From Chlorokybus atmophyticus (taxonomy: Eukaryota > Plantae > Mesostigma and Chlorokybus algae), in NCBI GenBank assembly GCA_009103225.1, contig RHPI01002069.1:1698846-1762845 (forward strand): DNA of 64,000 nucleotides. Direction: 5' to 3'. The translations under genes and the position numbers were made by a program. This document shows positions 1 to 14,620 of the stretch, in pieces (positions within the stretch are counted from its first letter, which is position 1; the number at the start of each line of letters is the position of its first letter). The notes beneath the pieces are model-generated. The model saw nothing but the letters and a program-made list of their open reading frames with translations, was not told the DNA's origin and ran no database searches.

Positions 1-45
<45 letters not shown>

Positions 46-1729
46 TTTATACTTAAGTTTGTATTGCTGATTTGATGAAGGCCATATTGTGGTTGGCAGG
101 GACCCTTTCATAATTTGTGCAGTGTGCGGACCTTTTGCACAAAGATAGGAAACATCGACGACATAGACTGATGTGCTGTGCCATTCGTGACCTCAACAAC
201 ATGCCTGTGATGTAACGTATTAACACCCGGCTGGCCAACTCCTACAAAACTGTTGCAAGGGTAAAAACGCAGCTCGGGATAATGGTCGGGGAACTTCAAG
301 GTGTGCGAGGCTTTCGGTTGAACATTACCGGCAAAGCCTTTATAAACGCGGCTAGGGCTTGACTCAAGGTCGGACCGCACGAGTATATTTTATAAGAATT
401 GGCCAAACTTGAGTTCAAATATCGTATTGGAACTGTCAGCGCCCACACGGAGCTTGGTTTTGCAAACATGAGCAAAATAAGGCACCTCTACGCTAGTGCG
501 AGCACAATGTGTGCGTGGGTTTGTGTGGTGGTGGTATGTGATGTGTGCTGCGTACTGCTTTCGAAGCTGTGCATTGTGCTTGCATGTGCGTGTTGCAGCC
601 ATCCGAAAATCTTGCACTTGCACATTAAACTTAGGCTCAAACTTATAGCTAATCTATTGCAAGCACGCCAGATGACTTCAAAGTGTCAATAAGTACAACT
701 CTTTGAATTGGGTTGGAATGGTTGAAATTTGTGGATTTAAGTTTTAATCTGTATGTCTAATTAATGCATGTGTAAGATCTTCATATGTGACATACATGCA
801 TATGTTGTTCAATATGTGTTTACAATATTGCAAGATGTGGTCTTGCAATATTCACTTTTTGCATATAATTATGTAACTTACGTAACTTTAATCATTTAAT
901 TAAAACTACCCCTTAAGGATTGTAATGTTTCTATCACAATGTGTACATGTATGTCCGCAGCCATTAAACTTATTGTCGTTCTGCTGATAATCATATGGGC
1001 TAGCATGCAATTACAATATACAGCCTACATGGGTAACACACATTTGTATATCGTAAATTACGAGGTGTATAATGTATGTGCGTAACTTGTAATTTCGCGT
1101 TCGGTACAGTGTATATTGTGATAAAGTGCAAGGCACGTTATGTTTTTCTATGCTCAAAGACATAAAGCAATGGTATGAAACCGTCAACTACGCTCTCTAT
1201 GTCGTTGGGCAATATTAAGTTGAGTGCATTTTTTATTTTATCTGACAATCCATCAAAAACCTCTCCGTTGCTATTATGTTGCTGTATATGGCGTGCAAGC
1301 GCCAGTTGAACACACATACGTCCGCAAGCGCGCGCGCGCGCGCGTGTGTACACATGTGTGTGTGTGTGTGTGTGTGTACACCATGTAGTATGCATTAATT
1401 GTGGCATGCATGAGAGTGTAATGCCTGCAATGCAAAACCACAACAGCACTTAGCACTTACGTTCACCACCGTGCATCCAACGCACGTAGGTATAATCACT
1501 ACCTACGCAACTTCACTACCAGCCCAATCCCATTTAACATGTAAGCATGCGCGCATCATACTTATATTATAGCCATGTGTGTGTTACTATCATAAAAAAT
1601 CACTTGCTTCAAATGCACACAGCTAAAGAATATTGCTTGTCTTGCAGATAGTGGAAGCCATGCTAAGCAGCATGTTATAACGTTATACCATGGCGTTTCA
1701 AATTTTGAAGCATTGATTGGGTTACTTCT
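1..1729. repeat. Copy 1 of an apparently identical 1.7-kb duplication; starts with (TA)n and ends at an N gap
   Basis: Matches 6068-7796 at a constant 6067-bp offset. ORF translations and spot-checked microsatellite lengths are identical. Confidence 0.95.
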
Positions 1730-1979
1730 NNNNNNNNNNNNNNNNNNNNNNNNNNNNNNNNNNNNNNNNNNNNNNNNNNNNNNNNNNNNNNNNNNNNNNN
1801 NNNNNNNNNNNNNNNNNNNNNNNNNNNNNNNNNNNNNNNNNNNNNNNNNNNNNNNNNNNNNNNNNNNNNNNNNNNNNNNNNNNNNNNNNNNNNNNNNNNN
1901 NNNNNNNNNNNNNNNNNNNNNNNNNNNNNNNNNNNNNNNNNNNNNNNNNNNNNNNNNNNNNNNNNNNNNNNNNNNNNNN
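1730..1979. other. Assembly gap (N run); further gaps at 5317-6071, 28274-28512, 30584-30756 and 42986-43098
   Basis: N characters, mostly flanked by homopolymers or microsatellites. Confidence 1.
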
Positions 1980-3816
1980 GGGGGGGGGGCTATAACGAAG
2001 ACAATGATGTCGCGGTTTACCTACAACACCGTCATCTCGGTGTTCATGCCGACATGTGTATAAGAGATAGTATGCTATATTGGTAGCATGCAAGCTATCA
2101 AGAACATGCAATGCCATGCATAGCATCAAGCACCGTGCACGACACATGCAGTCTCATGCCCACACTTGATACCACCAACTCACCGTCGGGATATATTTAG
2201 ATCAACTAGCTTTTAATTGTTAGGTGGAGTGCGACTAGCGAAGCCTACCCCGTAAGTCACATCATGCATGTTGTCAATTAATCACCTGCACGCATGCACT
2301 TACAGCTCCTCCATACATTGATGAGGAAGACCCCAGGTGGGCGATGCAGTCCCCCTACCGCAGCTCCCCAACCCTCCACCGCCAACTATTGCAGTCGTTG
2401 GCTGCCTTATGCAATGTGCGGCATGCTGTGTGCGGGCGGGAATGGCGGGGTTTGGGTGCTGTGCGTGTTTGCATTTCCAAGCTGTGATATGTATGTTAGG
2501 GAAGAGGTGCCTGTTTTGGCCACTCGCCCTTACTTGGCAAATGATAGCCTTTTGAAAAGTCGGTTTTATCATGCTATTTGTTAATGAAGTCATAAAAAAA
2601 TCATCATGCGATGAAATTAAAAACGGGAAGCTTGTACTCATCAAGGGCTACTCCTCAACTCAAACATTTGCGTTTGATTAAACCTGATCATGTGTAGCCA
2701 CTGGGGTAAAATCTCATAACATTTCATGTGGCCAGCAAGTTTCAGAGTAACCCAAACATTCGAAACGGTAAGTGACTTGAATAACTATAACTTGCGCTTG
2801 TTTTCCAATTTGAACATTGGTTTGCTGAGAAGCTTACAATGCATACAACTTATTGCCATAATTGTGTTCAATTTTGCGTTATCAAAGACATAATGTGTGC
2901 AATATGTAGGTGGCTAATTAGGGACATTCTAAGGGGCCGAAAAAGCCAAGCTTGTTGCTGTCGTCATCACCATCAATGATTGTTGTCGTCGATGCCACAG
3001 CTTGCTCACACACATGCACACACACATAAAGTTAAGGCATTATGTATATGCACACCCCTCTCTTATTCAATTCAATGTAACTGTGTGTGCGTGTGCGTGT
3101 GTGTCAAAACAAGCTGTGGCATTTACGACGACAATGGCAATGGCGGTAGAAACGAGCTTGGCTTGTTCGGCTTCGCTCCGCAAGAGGGGTTGCGGCGTCG
3201 CGGCTTCGGCAGCCCTCTGAAGTGGCCACGCAACAGCAACTTCAAGTTGCTGTTGCGCAACTGCGGTCAAGAAAATGAAGGCCACAAGCCACTTGACTGC
3301 GTCGCAATACTTACACGGTGACTGATATGGGACTGAGGGACTGACGGGTGCCGGACCCTACCTGACCCTACCTCACCCTGACAACTTGGGCCATAAAGGG
3401 ACTGACTGGACTGCCAATGTATACTGTGGATCATTAATGGCCGATCGCCTATCGTACAATATAGTGGACTGATACCTGCCCGTCATGACCTGCTTGTAAT
3501 GTATGTTTATGGCCGACCGCCAGGCGTACAGCACCCCCGGCGGCGACCTACCTGTTATGGCAATAAAGTCACCTCTCACACAGTCTCTTAGTCCTCTAAT
3601 GGCGACGAATGCCATCAGTGATGCCAAACATTCACGTGGTCAATACGGCCGCCAATCGTATAGCATATTTCGACGGTCATATATTGAAATAGCAAGCAAG
3701 TAACTTATCAGTCCCAACTTTCGAACGAGCGGTGGCGGCGAGCTGAGACAACCACCAGGTATCATATTATATGACACGATGGAATTTTCGTATATGGTAT
3801 CATGACAATGGTAGAA

Positions 3817-3860
3817 TAGTACCATCGTCATGGTACATTAGCACCATGACGATGGTACTA
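3817..3860. repeat. Perfect 18-bp inverted repeat with 8-nt loop
   Basis: tagtaccatcgtcatggt (3817-3834) / accatgacgatggtacta (3843-3860). Confidence 0.95.
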
Positions 3861-4768
3861 CTACATTGGCATTTGTACCATTATAATAGTACGATTGTGC
3901 CATTGCCAACTCATAAGGGAAGTCGTTGAGTTTCAAACTCAACAGCCCCCTCGTGAATTTAACGCTAAGCCGCAACAACACCACACGCAACTGTGCCAGT
4001 CACCTGGCACAGTTGAGAGTTGTGCTGCTGCGGCGGTGGCGGTGGCGGTGGCGGCAGGTATGTGCTTGTGTGTGCAACGGGAAGGTACATTAAATAACCA
4101 CAATCGACCATAAAAGCACCAAGTCTTTTATGGTCGAGTGGACTGTGACACTGTGCTTGTATATTTCTTGTCATGTAGTGCGCAGCGCAGCCTGACCACC
4201 CTTCCATCCTTCGTATAACATGGGGACCACCATGCCAAGCCAGGCGCGGTGGCGGTGGCGGTGGCGGCGGCAGCGGTGGTGGCCAACATCAGGTGCGATG
4301 TTGTTGTTATGGTGGTGTGTGTATATATTATATGGGCATATATACTATATAGGCCCATATAGTATATGTTGTGTTGTGGGCCCTGGCTGACCGCCCCTCT
4401 TTCTTCAGGACGGCAAGGCTAGGAGGGCGGAGGCGGCAACAGAGTGTAGTGTTGTAGTGTTGTAGGTATGTATATTGTGACGTTCTAGTATACCGTAGTA
4501 TGCTAGTGGTAGCAGCTTTTACTCTGTAGGGTAAATGTATGGGACTGTGATATATTCAAGTTGTGACATTATGGCTTGCTTTATTGATAAATATCAACTT
4601 TTTTGGTTATGTCGATAACGTGTGACGGCGTTGTGCACACTTTAATGACTCTCACATGTGGTGCTTAATCATAATATAACGATCATAATCGGTACTTAGA
4701 GGTACCAATCAGTAACGGCATGTATCTTACAGGAACGCTGAGGTACCTGACAGTTAGTCTTAGGTAAT

Positions 4769-4927
4769 GGACAGGTGCTGATTAGTTAGGTATGGTCACC
4801 CATCAAGGATTGAGCTGTGACGGACAGGTGCCTGGAAGTTAGGCATAGTCACCTAATTGGGACTAAGCTGTAACTTACAGGTGCTTGTTAATCAGGCACA
4901 GTAAACTGTTAAGAACTGAATTCTAAC
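4769..4927. repeat. Degenerate 53-bp tandem repeat, 3 units
   Basis: Units start at 4769, 4822 and 4875, each with acaggtgc at the same offset and similar aggyayrgt and final (g/a)ac positions. Confidence 0.8.
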
Positions 4928-5272
4928 GGGTAGGGCCTAATAGTAACGGAAGTTGTACTCAGGTCTCTGTATCGGAGGATACATGTGGACTGAGGTACGA
5001 CAGTTTAATTGAGTATCCTCAGGTGCATGGCCGTTGCCAATATTTAGTCGGTTGGCAGGGGAAATTATTTCCAACATGGTAGAAGGGTGCTGCACGATGC
5101 TCAACCCAATCGCAATGACAATGACACTGATAAGACATGTGTTTTCCTTGTATGTTATTTCCCTGCTTCAAGCAGAGGCAAGTTGTTCACGGCCAATGCT
5201 GCGCAGCGTTTGTTGCTGCGCTGTAAGTATATGTATGTACATGTATATATATACATTTAAGTCAATATATAT

Positions 5273-5316
<44 letters not shown>

Positions 5317-6067
5317 NNNNNNNNNNNNNNNNNNNNNNNNNNNNNNNNNNNNNNNNNNNNNNNNNNNNNNNNNNNNNNNNNNNNNNNNNNNNNNNNNNNN
5401 NNNNNNNNNNNNNNNNNNNNNNNNNNNNNNNNNNNNNNNNNNNNNNNNNNNNNNNNNNNNNNNNNNNNNNNNNNNNNNNNNNNNNNNNNNNNNNNNNNNN
5501 NNNNNNNNNNNNNNNNNNNNNNNNNNNNNNNNNNNNNNNNNNNNNNNNNNNNNNNNNNNNNNNNNNNNNNNNNNNNNNNNNNNNNNNNNNNNNNNNNNNN
5601 NNNNNNNNNNNNNNNNNNNNNNNNNNNNNNNNNNNNNNNNNNNNNNNNNNNNNNNNNNNNNNNNNNNNNNNNNNNNNNNNNNNNNNNNNNNNNNNNNNNN
5701 NNNNNNNNNNNNNNNNNNNNNNNNNNNNNNNNNNNNNNNNNNNNNNNNNNNNNNNNNNNNNNNNNNNNNNNNNNNNNNNNNNNNNNNNNNNNNNNNNNNN
5801 NNNNNNNNNNNNNNNNNNNNNNNNNNNNNNNNNNNNNNNNNNNNNNNNNNNNNNNNNNNNNNNNNNNNNNNNNNNNNNNNNNNNNNNNNNNNNNNNNNNN
5901 NNNNNNNNNNNNNNNNNNNNNNNNNNNNNNNNNNNNNNNNNNNNNNNNNNNNNNNNNNNNNNNNNNNNNNNNNNNNNNNNNNNNNNNNNNNNNNNNNNNN
6001 NNNNNNNNNNNNNNNNNNNNNNNNNNNNNNNNNNNNNNNNNNNNNNNNNNNNNNNNNNNNNNNNNNN

Positions 6068-6071
6068 NNNN

Positions 6072-6112
<41 letters not shown>

Positions 6113-7796
6113 TTTATACTTAAGTTTGTATTGCTGATTTGATGAAGGCCATATTGTGGTTGGCAGGGACCCTTTCATAATTTGTGCAGTGTGCGGACCT
6201 TTTGCACAAAGATAGGAAACATCGACGACATAGACTGATGTGCTGTGCCATTCGTGACCTCAACAACATGCCTGTGATGTAACGTATTAACACCCGGCTG
6301 GCCAACTCCTACAAAACTGTTGCAAGGGTAAAAACGCAGCTCGGGATAATGGTCGGGGAACTTCAAGGTGTGCGAGGCTTTCGGTTGAACATTACCGGCA
6401 AAGCCTTTATAAACGCGGCTAGGGCTTGACTCAAGGTCGGACCGCACGAGTATATTTTATAAGAATTGGCCAAACTTGAGTTCAAATATCGTATTGGAAC
6501 TGTCAGCGCCCACACGGAGCTTGGTTTTGCAAACATGAGCAAAATAAGGCACCTCTACGCTAGTGCGAGCACAATGTGTGCGTGGGTTTGTGTGGTGGTG
6601 GTATGTGATGTGTGCTGCGTACTGCTTTCGAAGCTGTGCATTGTGCTTGCATGTGCGTGTTGCAGCCATCCGAAAATCTTGCACTTGCACATTAAACTTA
6701 GGCTCAAACTTATAGCTAATCTATTGCAAGCACGCCAGATGACTTCAAAGTGTCAATAAGTACAACTCTTTGAATTGGGTTGGAATGGTTGAAATTTGTG
6801 GATTTAAGTTTTAATCTGTATGTCTAATTAATGCATGTGTAAGATCTTCATATGTGACATACATGCATATGTTGTTCAATATGTGTTTACAATATTGCAA
6901 GATGTGGTCTTGCAATATTCACTTTTTGCATATAATTATGTAACTTACGTAACTTTAATCATTTAATTAAAACTACCCCTTAAGGATTGTAATGTTTCTA
7001 TCACAATGTGTACATGTATGTCCGCAGCCATTAAACTTATTGTCGTTCTGCTGATAATCATATGGGCTAGCATGCAATTACAATATACAGCCTACATGGG
7101 TAACACACATTTGTATATCGTAAATTACGAGGTGTATAATGTATGTGCGTAACTTGTAATTTCGCGTTCGGTACAGTGTATATTGTGATAAAGTGCAAGG
7201 CACGTTATGTTTTTCTATGCTCAAAGACATAAAGCAATGGTATGAAACCGTCAACTACGCTCTCTATGTCGTTGGGCAATATTAAGTTGAGTGCATTTTT
7301 TATTTTATCTGACAATCCATCAAAAACCTCTCCGTTGCTATTATGTTGCTGTATATGGCGTGCAAGCGCCAGTTGAACACACATACGTCCGCAAGCGCGC
7401 GCGCGCGCGCGTGTGTACACATGTGTGTGTGTGTGTGTGTGTGTACACCATGTAGTATGCATTAATTGTGGCATGCATGAGAGTGTAATGCCTGCAATGC
7501 AAAACCACAACAGCACTTAGCACTTACGTTCACCACCGTGCATCCAACGCACGTAGGTATAATCACTACCTACGCAACTTCACTACCAGCCCAATCCCAT
7601 TTAACATGTAAGCATGCGCGCATCATACTTATATTATAGCCATGTGTGTGTTACTATCATAAAAAATCACTTGCTTCAAATGCACACAGCTAAAGAATAT
7701 TGCTTGTCTTGCAGATAGTGGAAGCCATGCTAAGCAGCATGTTATAACGTTATACCATGGCGTTTCAAATTTTGAAGCATTGATTGGGTTACTTCT
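6068..7796. repeat. Copy 2 of the 1.7-kb duplication, preceded by (TA)n-gap-(TA)n
   Basis: Same sequence as 1-1729. It continues into unique sequence at 7797, where copy 1 hits a gap. Confidence 0.95.
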
Positions 7797-10700
7797 ATTG
7801 ATGGGTTATGATACGGACGTATGACGGTTATATCACATGATGTCATCGTCTCATACCAATGTGTACACGAACGACGCTGCTACGGATGTTAACAAATTCC
7901 TGGAGCTGCAAGAAACCCTCACAGTCACTTTGCTTTAGATTATATCAAACCTGCACATATGTTGCTGAGTGATGCAAGTAATGAAATATGATATATATAA
8001 TATAAACCCGTGACTGCTTCCATATGTGTTGCGTTAACATGCGTTTATACCTCATGCAAGCGCTGATCATAATGTGCCGCACAATTTGATAAGCACATTA
8101 TGTGTTAAGTTTAAACCCAAATTCGCATTTTAACAATACAAGTTTTAAAGCACGTAAACCTAGAATAGAAGACACGTTTTGTATGTCAAACGCAACACAT
8201 GGTTTATAATCCATAAAACGATATGAAGTCTATAATAGCCTGGATCAAATTTGCTGCAATTAAATAGCCGATAATCCTCTCATTGAATGCGCGATACGTT
8301 GTAAGTGGCGGCGACGTGTATTTGCGGTGTAAAGATATGGTGATTATTGGTCACGCAATACACCATGCATGCAAACAGGCGGCACCTTCCGTGTGTTATA
8401 TGGCGGCAATGTGGTGTGTTTTATCACATTCAATCACAACAATCTCACCAATAGCTATCGAATCATGAGTCATCGCAGCACAAGGAATTACTGGTGACCA
8501 ATCTGGCACGGAATAGACAAAAAACGCCACTGTTACTTGCGGCGTTAAGAGGTGGCATGTGTCATGCATGGCCGTGAGGGGTCGATTAGAGCCCTTTGCC
8601 AATATTAAGATGCCGCGCATCGTAATGGCCTCGCTGTACGTACAAGCGCGGGTTTTCGCTAGCGACCTAACCAATTACGCCATTTTGTATACGGCTTCTC
8701 AACTTATAACTGTAGTGTATTTTTGTCACGAAGTGAGGGTGTTACACTAGGTCACACAGCAAAAGGCACTGATGATTGAGGATTGAAAGTTGGATTTATG
8801 CTACAATCGTAACATTTAAAAAGACCCTCGCAAACAAAAATTTACATAAACATAAAAACATTGTTGCATAAATGTCAATCATTTGATATGATCAAGCTGA
8901 CCACATCAGATGCTATTGTGCAGAATATTTTAAACATAACAACATGTTCTAAACCAGCTTGTAATAGCTTTTTAAGGTATGTTGCATGAGCTTGCTTGAT
9001 ACATAAGCACATGTTTAAGTGCGGTGTTTGCAGTTTAGTCTACTTGTCAGCATGGATGCGTATGCGCTTGTTGTCATTCATGTCATACCTGCATTGATGC
9101 ATATTCGTTGCCACTTTTGCGCACACAACCCATCATGGTACACACTGCACAATTACTAATGATGATCCGTTTAACATGCATGCAATGGCACAAACTTCTC
9201 ACTGTGAGAAAAGGTTCCACAGCTCTTACATGAATGCCTTCAATGCACTTAAGCCTAGAGTAGCGTGTACCATGCACAAGCAAGCGTTTGGTGGACTCGA
9301 CAACCTCGGCCATGTGGCCTAAAATGAGGGAGCCCAAGCCTGCCTTGCCATTATAGTTGGAGACGAAAGACATCCAAATAAAAGCGGTCATGGCTTTCAT
9401 GGCGCTTTCTTGCAAGCTGCTCATCAATGCACACTGCTAGCAGCTCATATCTTTGGAGCTTCAGTATTGATCAGTACTCATGACATCTTTAACACCATAG
9501 TTGAGTGGATAATTGCGTAAAAGAGCAGACATGTATTTACGTTTATCTAGCTACAATTCGCGTTAAGGTAAATTTGCTAGCCGCTAACATTTCCGACGGT
9601 TGCTATGATTTGCCGCATTAACCTCCGGCTTGCAAGGTTTATAACTTATCATAATGATACATACGCAAGGCCGTGTTTTGTGCCACAGAATATGCCGCAT
9701 GTCTTGTGGCACAAACAACGTCTAGTAGATTGAACACGAGTAACATCAAGGCATGGTCGTATTCATGGATGTGCATACATGGTAGTGCACATGCCAAGGC
9801 AACTCAACTCACAAGTTTTGTACCACCGCAACTTTGTGCCCAGTATGTCAGCGCCATTAACAGAGGCTACCGCCGCCATTGCTGCTTAAATATTGCCTCT
9901 TTGCATAATGGCACCCACGGCAAGTGCGCCCTTGCAGCGCCCCTACGGGGTTAGGCTCATTGTAATCACACAACCGCTGCAGTCTGTAGCTCTTGTAAGT
10001 ACGTTAACATTGTCGGTATTAAACACTCGCAACATTGGTGTGATAGATGTTTTGCTGACGCACGGTCCGGGGTGACAACCAAAATGTCACAGCCTTCAGC
10101 ACTTAGCAGGTTGTCATTTAATCATATGAGCCCTGACATAGTCAACACATATGACACATATGTACATGCACACAGTGTAATACTCACTATTGTACATATG
10201 ATAACAACTTTTGCGCAAAGTTTAGATATGATATGTGTCATGATTAGCACACTTTCACGCCGTAAGCGACCTTTAGCAGTTTTTCAAGTGTTCGACATCA
10301 AGGATATGCAGTCCGTTGCGTAAATAGAAGAGGTTTGCAAACCAGTTGCTTCATAACCATGCATGTTATAAATAAGCTTATAAATTATGTAACAAGCAAT
10401 TATAGCAGCAAGGTGATATCGCAACCACTTGAGGTGGTGACTCGCATTGATTTCTTAATCGACCCCTCATGCATAATATGATTCAACCATTATGGTGTGA
10501 ACCGTTACAGCGGCATGCATATGGTCATATTACGAATGCAAACGGTGATAACGAATAAAGGCTTGATAACATTAAGGCTCTGTAATCACTTCATCGATCA
10601 GCCATGTATGGTTGTGATTGGGGGTCACATGCAGAGGGCGTATTCACTGTCATATTACAGTATATGATGATAACGGCAATAACAAACGTGGGTTTAGACC

Positions 10701-11247
10701 ACGTGTCACCGGCGCTCTGCAGCATGATAAGCTAATTCTCCTCACTCTATGTCTAATGTCATTCATATGAGTATGGTTTGCATTTGACGATTTATATGTT
10801 GCAATGCACAATGGACATCATGTTGTTGAATTATTAACAATTTGAGTTAATCACGCCATAAACTATGGATTCGAGCGAGTCAAGACGGAACTATAAGGGC
10901 GGAACAAGTAACCGAAGTCGGAAATTGTATGCACTGTATTGCAGTAATCAATGGTGTTGACTTTACAAGGTACAAAGGGTACAATCATAGCAACTTTGAG
11001 ACACAATATCAGCTTGGTTCTCAAACAACACACCGCTTCATGACGAGACTTTCGCTTTGTGCAATGCAGCGTTCTCATTGGCCGACGGCCGCCACTGCCA
11101 CAAAACGCACGTTAGGCCTATCCACTCTCGCCTGGCAACCAGGAGCAAGACAAGGACAAGAACAGGGACGTGGGCGGCGAGGGCGGCGAGGAGCAGGTGG
11201 TGGAGGGGAAGGAGTCTAAGGTTGAACGTGCAAAACGACAACCTGCA

Positions 11248-14200
11248 ATGGTGAGCACCCTGACCGCGAAGGCGGTGGCGGCGACGGAGCTCCTGTCGTC
11301 GTCCGCGCCGTTGGCTCCCCGGCGGCGGCGCAGCAGCAGGCATCTAGCAGCAGCAGCGCCTCACAGAAAGCATGCCGCCACCGCCACCGCCACTGCCACC
11401 GCCTCCGCCAGCACCGACCCCCTGCTGCTGCGAGTAGCACGCGGCGAAGGTGAACGGCGGCATGCTGCATTACCAATCTTGTGTAGAGTGAACAGCGACA
11501 GGCTTTGTGACGTGTCGCAGAAGTTGATTGACTTCAGTTCAACACATATGCACGCACTTTGTGCAAGTGCAATTGCGTGAAAGGTGGTTGTTGTTTGCAA
11601 GGCCACGAAAGCTTTGTTGTTGTGTGAGTTTTTACGGCAGTTTGTGGTGGGTTGTCATCAGTGAGGTGGTAATGTCAAGGTCAAGTCATGCTACTGACAT
11701 AACAGAACTGTAGGCCTGGCTGTCAGCTGTCTTGGCAATGTGGTTCAGGTTCAGTAAAGCTGCGCCTGTGTTTCTGTTGGCTTACGGGTTTGGTATTGTT
11801 GTATTCAATCGCAGAGGCGGAGCGGACGCCTGTTTGGTTGATGCGACAAGCAGGACGCTACATGGCAGCCTTCCGCGAGTACGTACCAAACACAAATGCC
11901 ATCTTTATGCTAGTCGGCTCGAAAAAATCAATGCACAAATGAAAGGAAGAAAGAGCGATCCAATCAACGTATGAACGAGACTGAGTCCAGGACAATGATT
12001 GAATAAAACAACAGCTGATCAAGCAGAACGAGCGATGCCTCTTCGAGCATATGCATGCATGATGAAGCGAAGGATGAGTGTACATGTAAAGGAAAGAAAT
12101 GTTGCGTTGTAAAAGAAAGTGTTGCGTTGACTGTTGACAAAAGGGAGGAAAAAAGCACTTACTGACTTACCAACTCACTGGAGAAGCAAACGATGGCCTG
12201 CCTGCCTGTTTTCACTGATAGAAGAAGCAAGCAAGGAAGAAAGAAAGAAAGCATGCATTATTTTCCAATGAAAGAAAGGAACCAATGAAGTATGTTATCA
12301 TGCAGGTTTTCCGACAAGATCCCTTTCCGCCAGCGTTCCGAGACGCCCTCCATCGCGATTGAGCTGTCTCTCCAGCCGTACCATTCCTTCGACACGGACG
12401 GCGTCATCATGTTCTCCGACATTCTCACGCCGCTGCCCGCCCTCGGGATCGAGTTCGATATGGTCAAGTACAAGGGACCTGTCATCGCGGAACCGGTGAA
12501 CACGATGGAGGGAGTGAGGAGACTAAGGTCAGATATGCATTGGGTTGTACATGGTGTGTGTGTGGATGTATAGTCACAGTTTGTGTGCTACGCTAATAAT
12601 TCGATCAACCAAGCACATACGCAGGCAACAACATACGCGCTCCCCAGTGGCACGTGTGCACACGCATGCACACGCATGCACACGCACAGATGTGCTTCTG
12701 CCTGTGATTGCACACATGACACATACGTTCAGTCATTCATGACCAGGTGTGAATTATGTGGCCACACTAACAAGCAAGCAAATTACTACACATGCATGCA
12801 CGCACGTATGTAAGCACTTGTACATGTGCACAGGCACACGTGTGCGCGCAAGCATGCTCCCACGCCTGCTCGCTTACTTACGCACGCTCGACTGTCCCTC
12901 GCTTTCACACAATCGCATATATGCATGCTTGCGAGCGCACCAATCCGGTCTACAGACTGAGACTACCTGCATTAGACTAAAAGCCTGTGCTGGCAGGAAG
13001 ATGGACGATCCCGCTCGTCAACTTCCCTTCATTAGCGAGATTCTGCAGGTGGGTTCATTGGGATGTTGGTACATCTTCTGTCATGTTGCCACTCACTGGC
13101 CATCACACGCACAGCGTGCACACACTCTGATACAAACACATCGTACGTACACAATATATGTGGCGCACTGCAACACATTGCACGCGTGGTCACCCACTGC
13201 AAGCCCGCAAGTTTACCGCGAGTTTTTACCCAACAGGCGTTGCGTGCAGAAGTGGACGGGAAGGCGACGCTGCTCGGCTTCATCGGGACGCCGTGGACGC
13301 TCGCAGCGTACGCCATGGAGGGACGTGCTGAGAAGAACTGCAGCAGCACTAAGAAGATCATGATGCACAGTGAGTACGAGAAGAAGAGAGTTGTTTCATG
13401 TGGATGAGATTGTGATAAACACTAGAGTTGATGTGTTGAACGTTGAATTGTCATGTTGTCTGCAGGTCCGGAGATTCTGCACCAGTTGTTGTTGCATCTG
13501 ACTGAAGCACTCATCACGTACGCTTGCTACCAGATTGAGAGTGGCGCTCAGGTACATGTGGCTTCACGCTGAGTCATGTGGCGACGTTACCAAATAGTGG
13601 TCAAGTAGACCCCATACACCAACCCGCGGATGAAACTATGTGGTGTGTGTTGGCGTGCACAGTGACTTACCTTACAACACCATCTCCCTTTCTTCACCTT
13701 CAGGTTGTTCAGTTGTTTGACTCGTGGGCGCACCACCTCTCTCCAGCTCAGTTTGCTGAGTTCAGTCTGCCATACGCGGAGCGAGTGATCCAAGGTGTGC
13801 GCGCGCGACACCCGGACACGCCGCTCATCTTCCACGCCAACGGGGGATGTGGCAAAATGGAGCAAATCAAGCTGTGCTCCGCTGACGTGGTGGGTATTGA
13901 CTGGAACACGGATATAGCGGAGGCAAGGGACGTCCTGGGCCGCCATCGTGCTGTCCAGGTGAGGATGCATTACTGTGATTCTGTGCAGGTGTAGCACACA
14001 CGTATGCGCGCACGCATGCACGCGTGCGCACGGGCACACACACGTACGCGCAGTAGGCGCATGTGCACGCAAGCATGGGCACACCTGAACGCAGGAGTGC
14101 TCATGCGCGCGCATGCACGTTGAACACATGCGCATGCACGCGCATGTGTTCAACGTTGGTGTGAGCTTGTGTGCCTTTGTAAGTGTACGCACTCACACCT

Positions 14201-14620
14201 GCATACATTTTTGCCCGTGCTTGTGTGCGTGTGAGTGTGGGTGTGGGTGCATGCCCGTGTCGTTGCATGTCAACGCACCCACCACACCGTGCGTGCAGCT
14301 GTGCATGCATGCGCGTGGATTGGTCTGCCTGTGTGTCTGTTGCCTGTGTCTGTCCTTGCTGCGCTGCAGTTGTTTAATATTGGGCATCGTGTGTGCAGGG
14401 CAATGTGGACCCAATGGTGCTGTTCGCCCCCGAGCACAAGATACGCGAGGAGGTGGCCAAATGCTTAGCAGCGGCGGGACCCACCGGCCACATCCTCAAC
14501 GTGGGACACGGCGTGATGCAGGGCACGCCCGAGGAGTCGGTAGCGCTCTTCTGCCAAATTGCGAGGGAGAGCGGCAAGCAGCGCGCGGAACAGACTCCAG
14601 CACCCGCTTTAGCATCATAG
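11248..14620 (+). CDS. UROD: Uroporphyrinogen decarboxylase, plastid-targeted, 8 exons (about 11248-11449, 11815-11878, 12306-12527, 12997-13048, 13237-13369, 13466-13550, 13704-13958, 14399-14620)
   Basis: Spliced translation gives an Ala/Ser/Arg-rich transit peptide, then [73 protein letters not shown] and [16 protein letters not shown]. All introns are GT-AG and in phase. Confidence 0.97.

Noticed and set aside
4769-4927. 53-bp repeats as a CRISPR-like array
   Set aside because: The units are contiguous and degenerate along their whole length with no unique spacers. The context is eukaryotic with no cas genes.
5034-6178. Long ORFs of 336-367 aa, and similar X-rich ORFs at 1.7, 28, 30.5 and 43 kb
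   Set aside because: They are open only because of N gaps and microsatellites.
10062-10094. GCDILVVTPDR resembling DEAD-box motif Ib
   Set aside because: No DEAD motif or other helicase motifs at the expected spacing, and there are many stops nearby.
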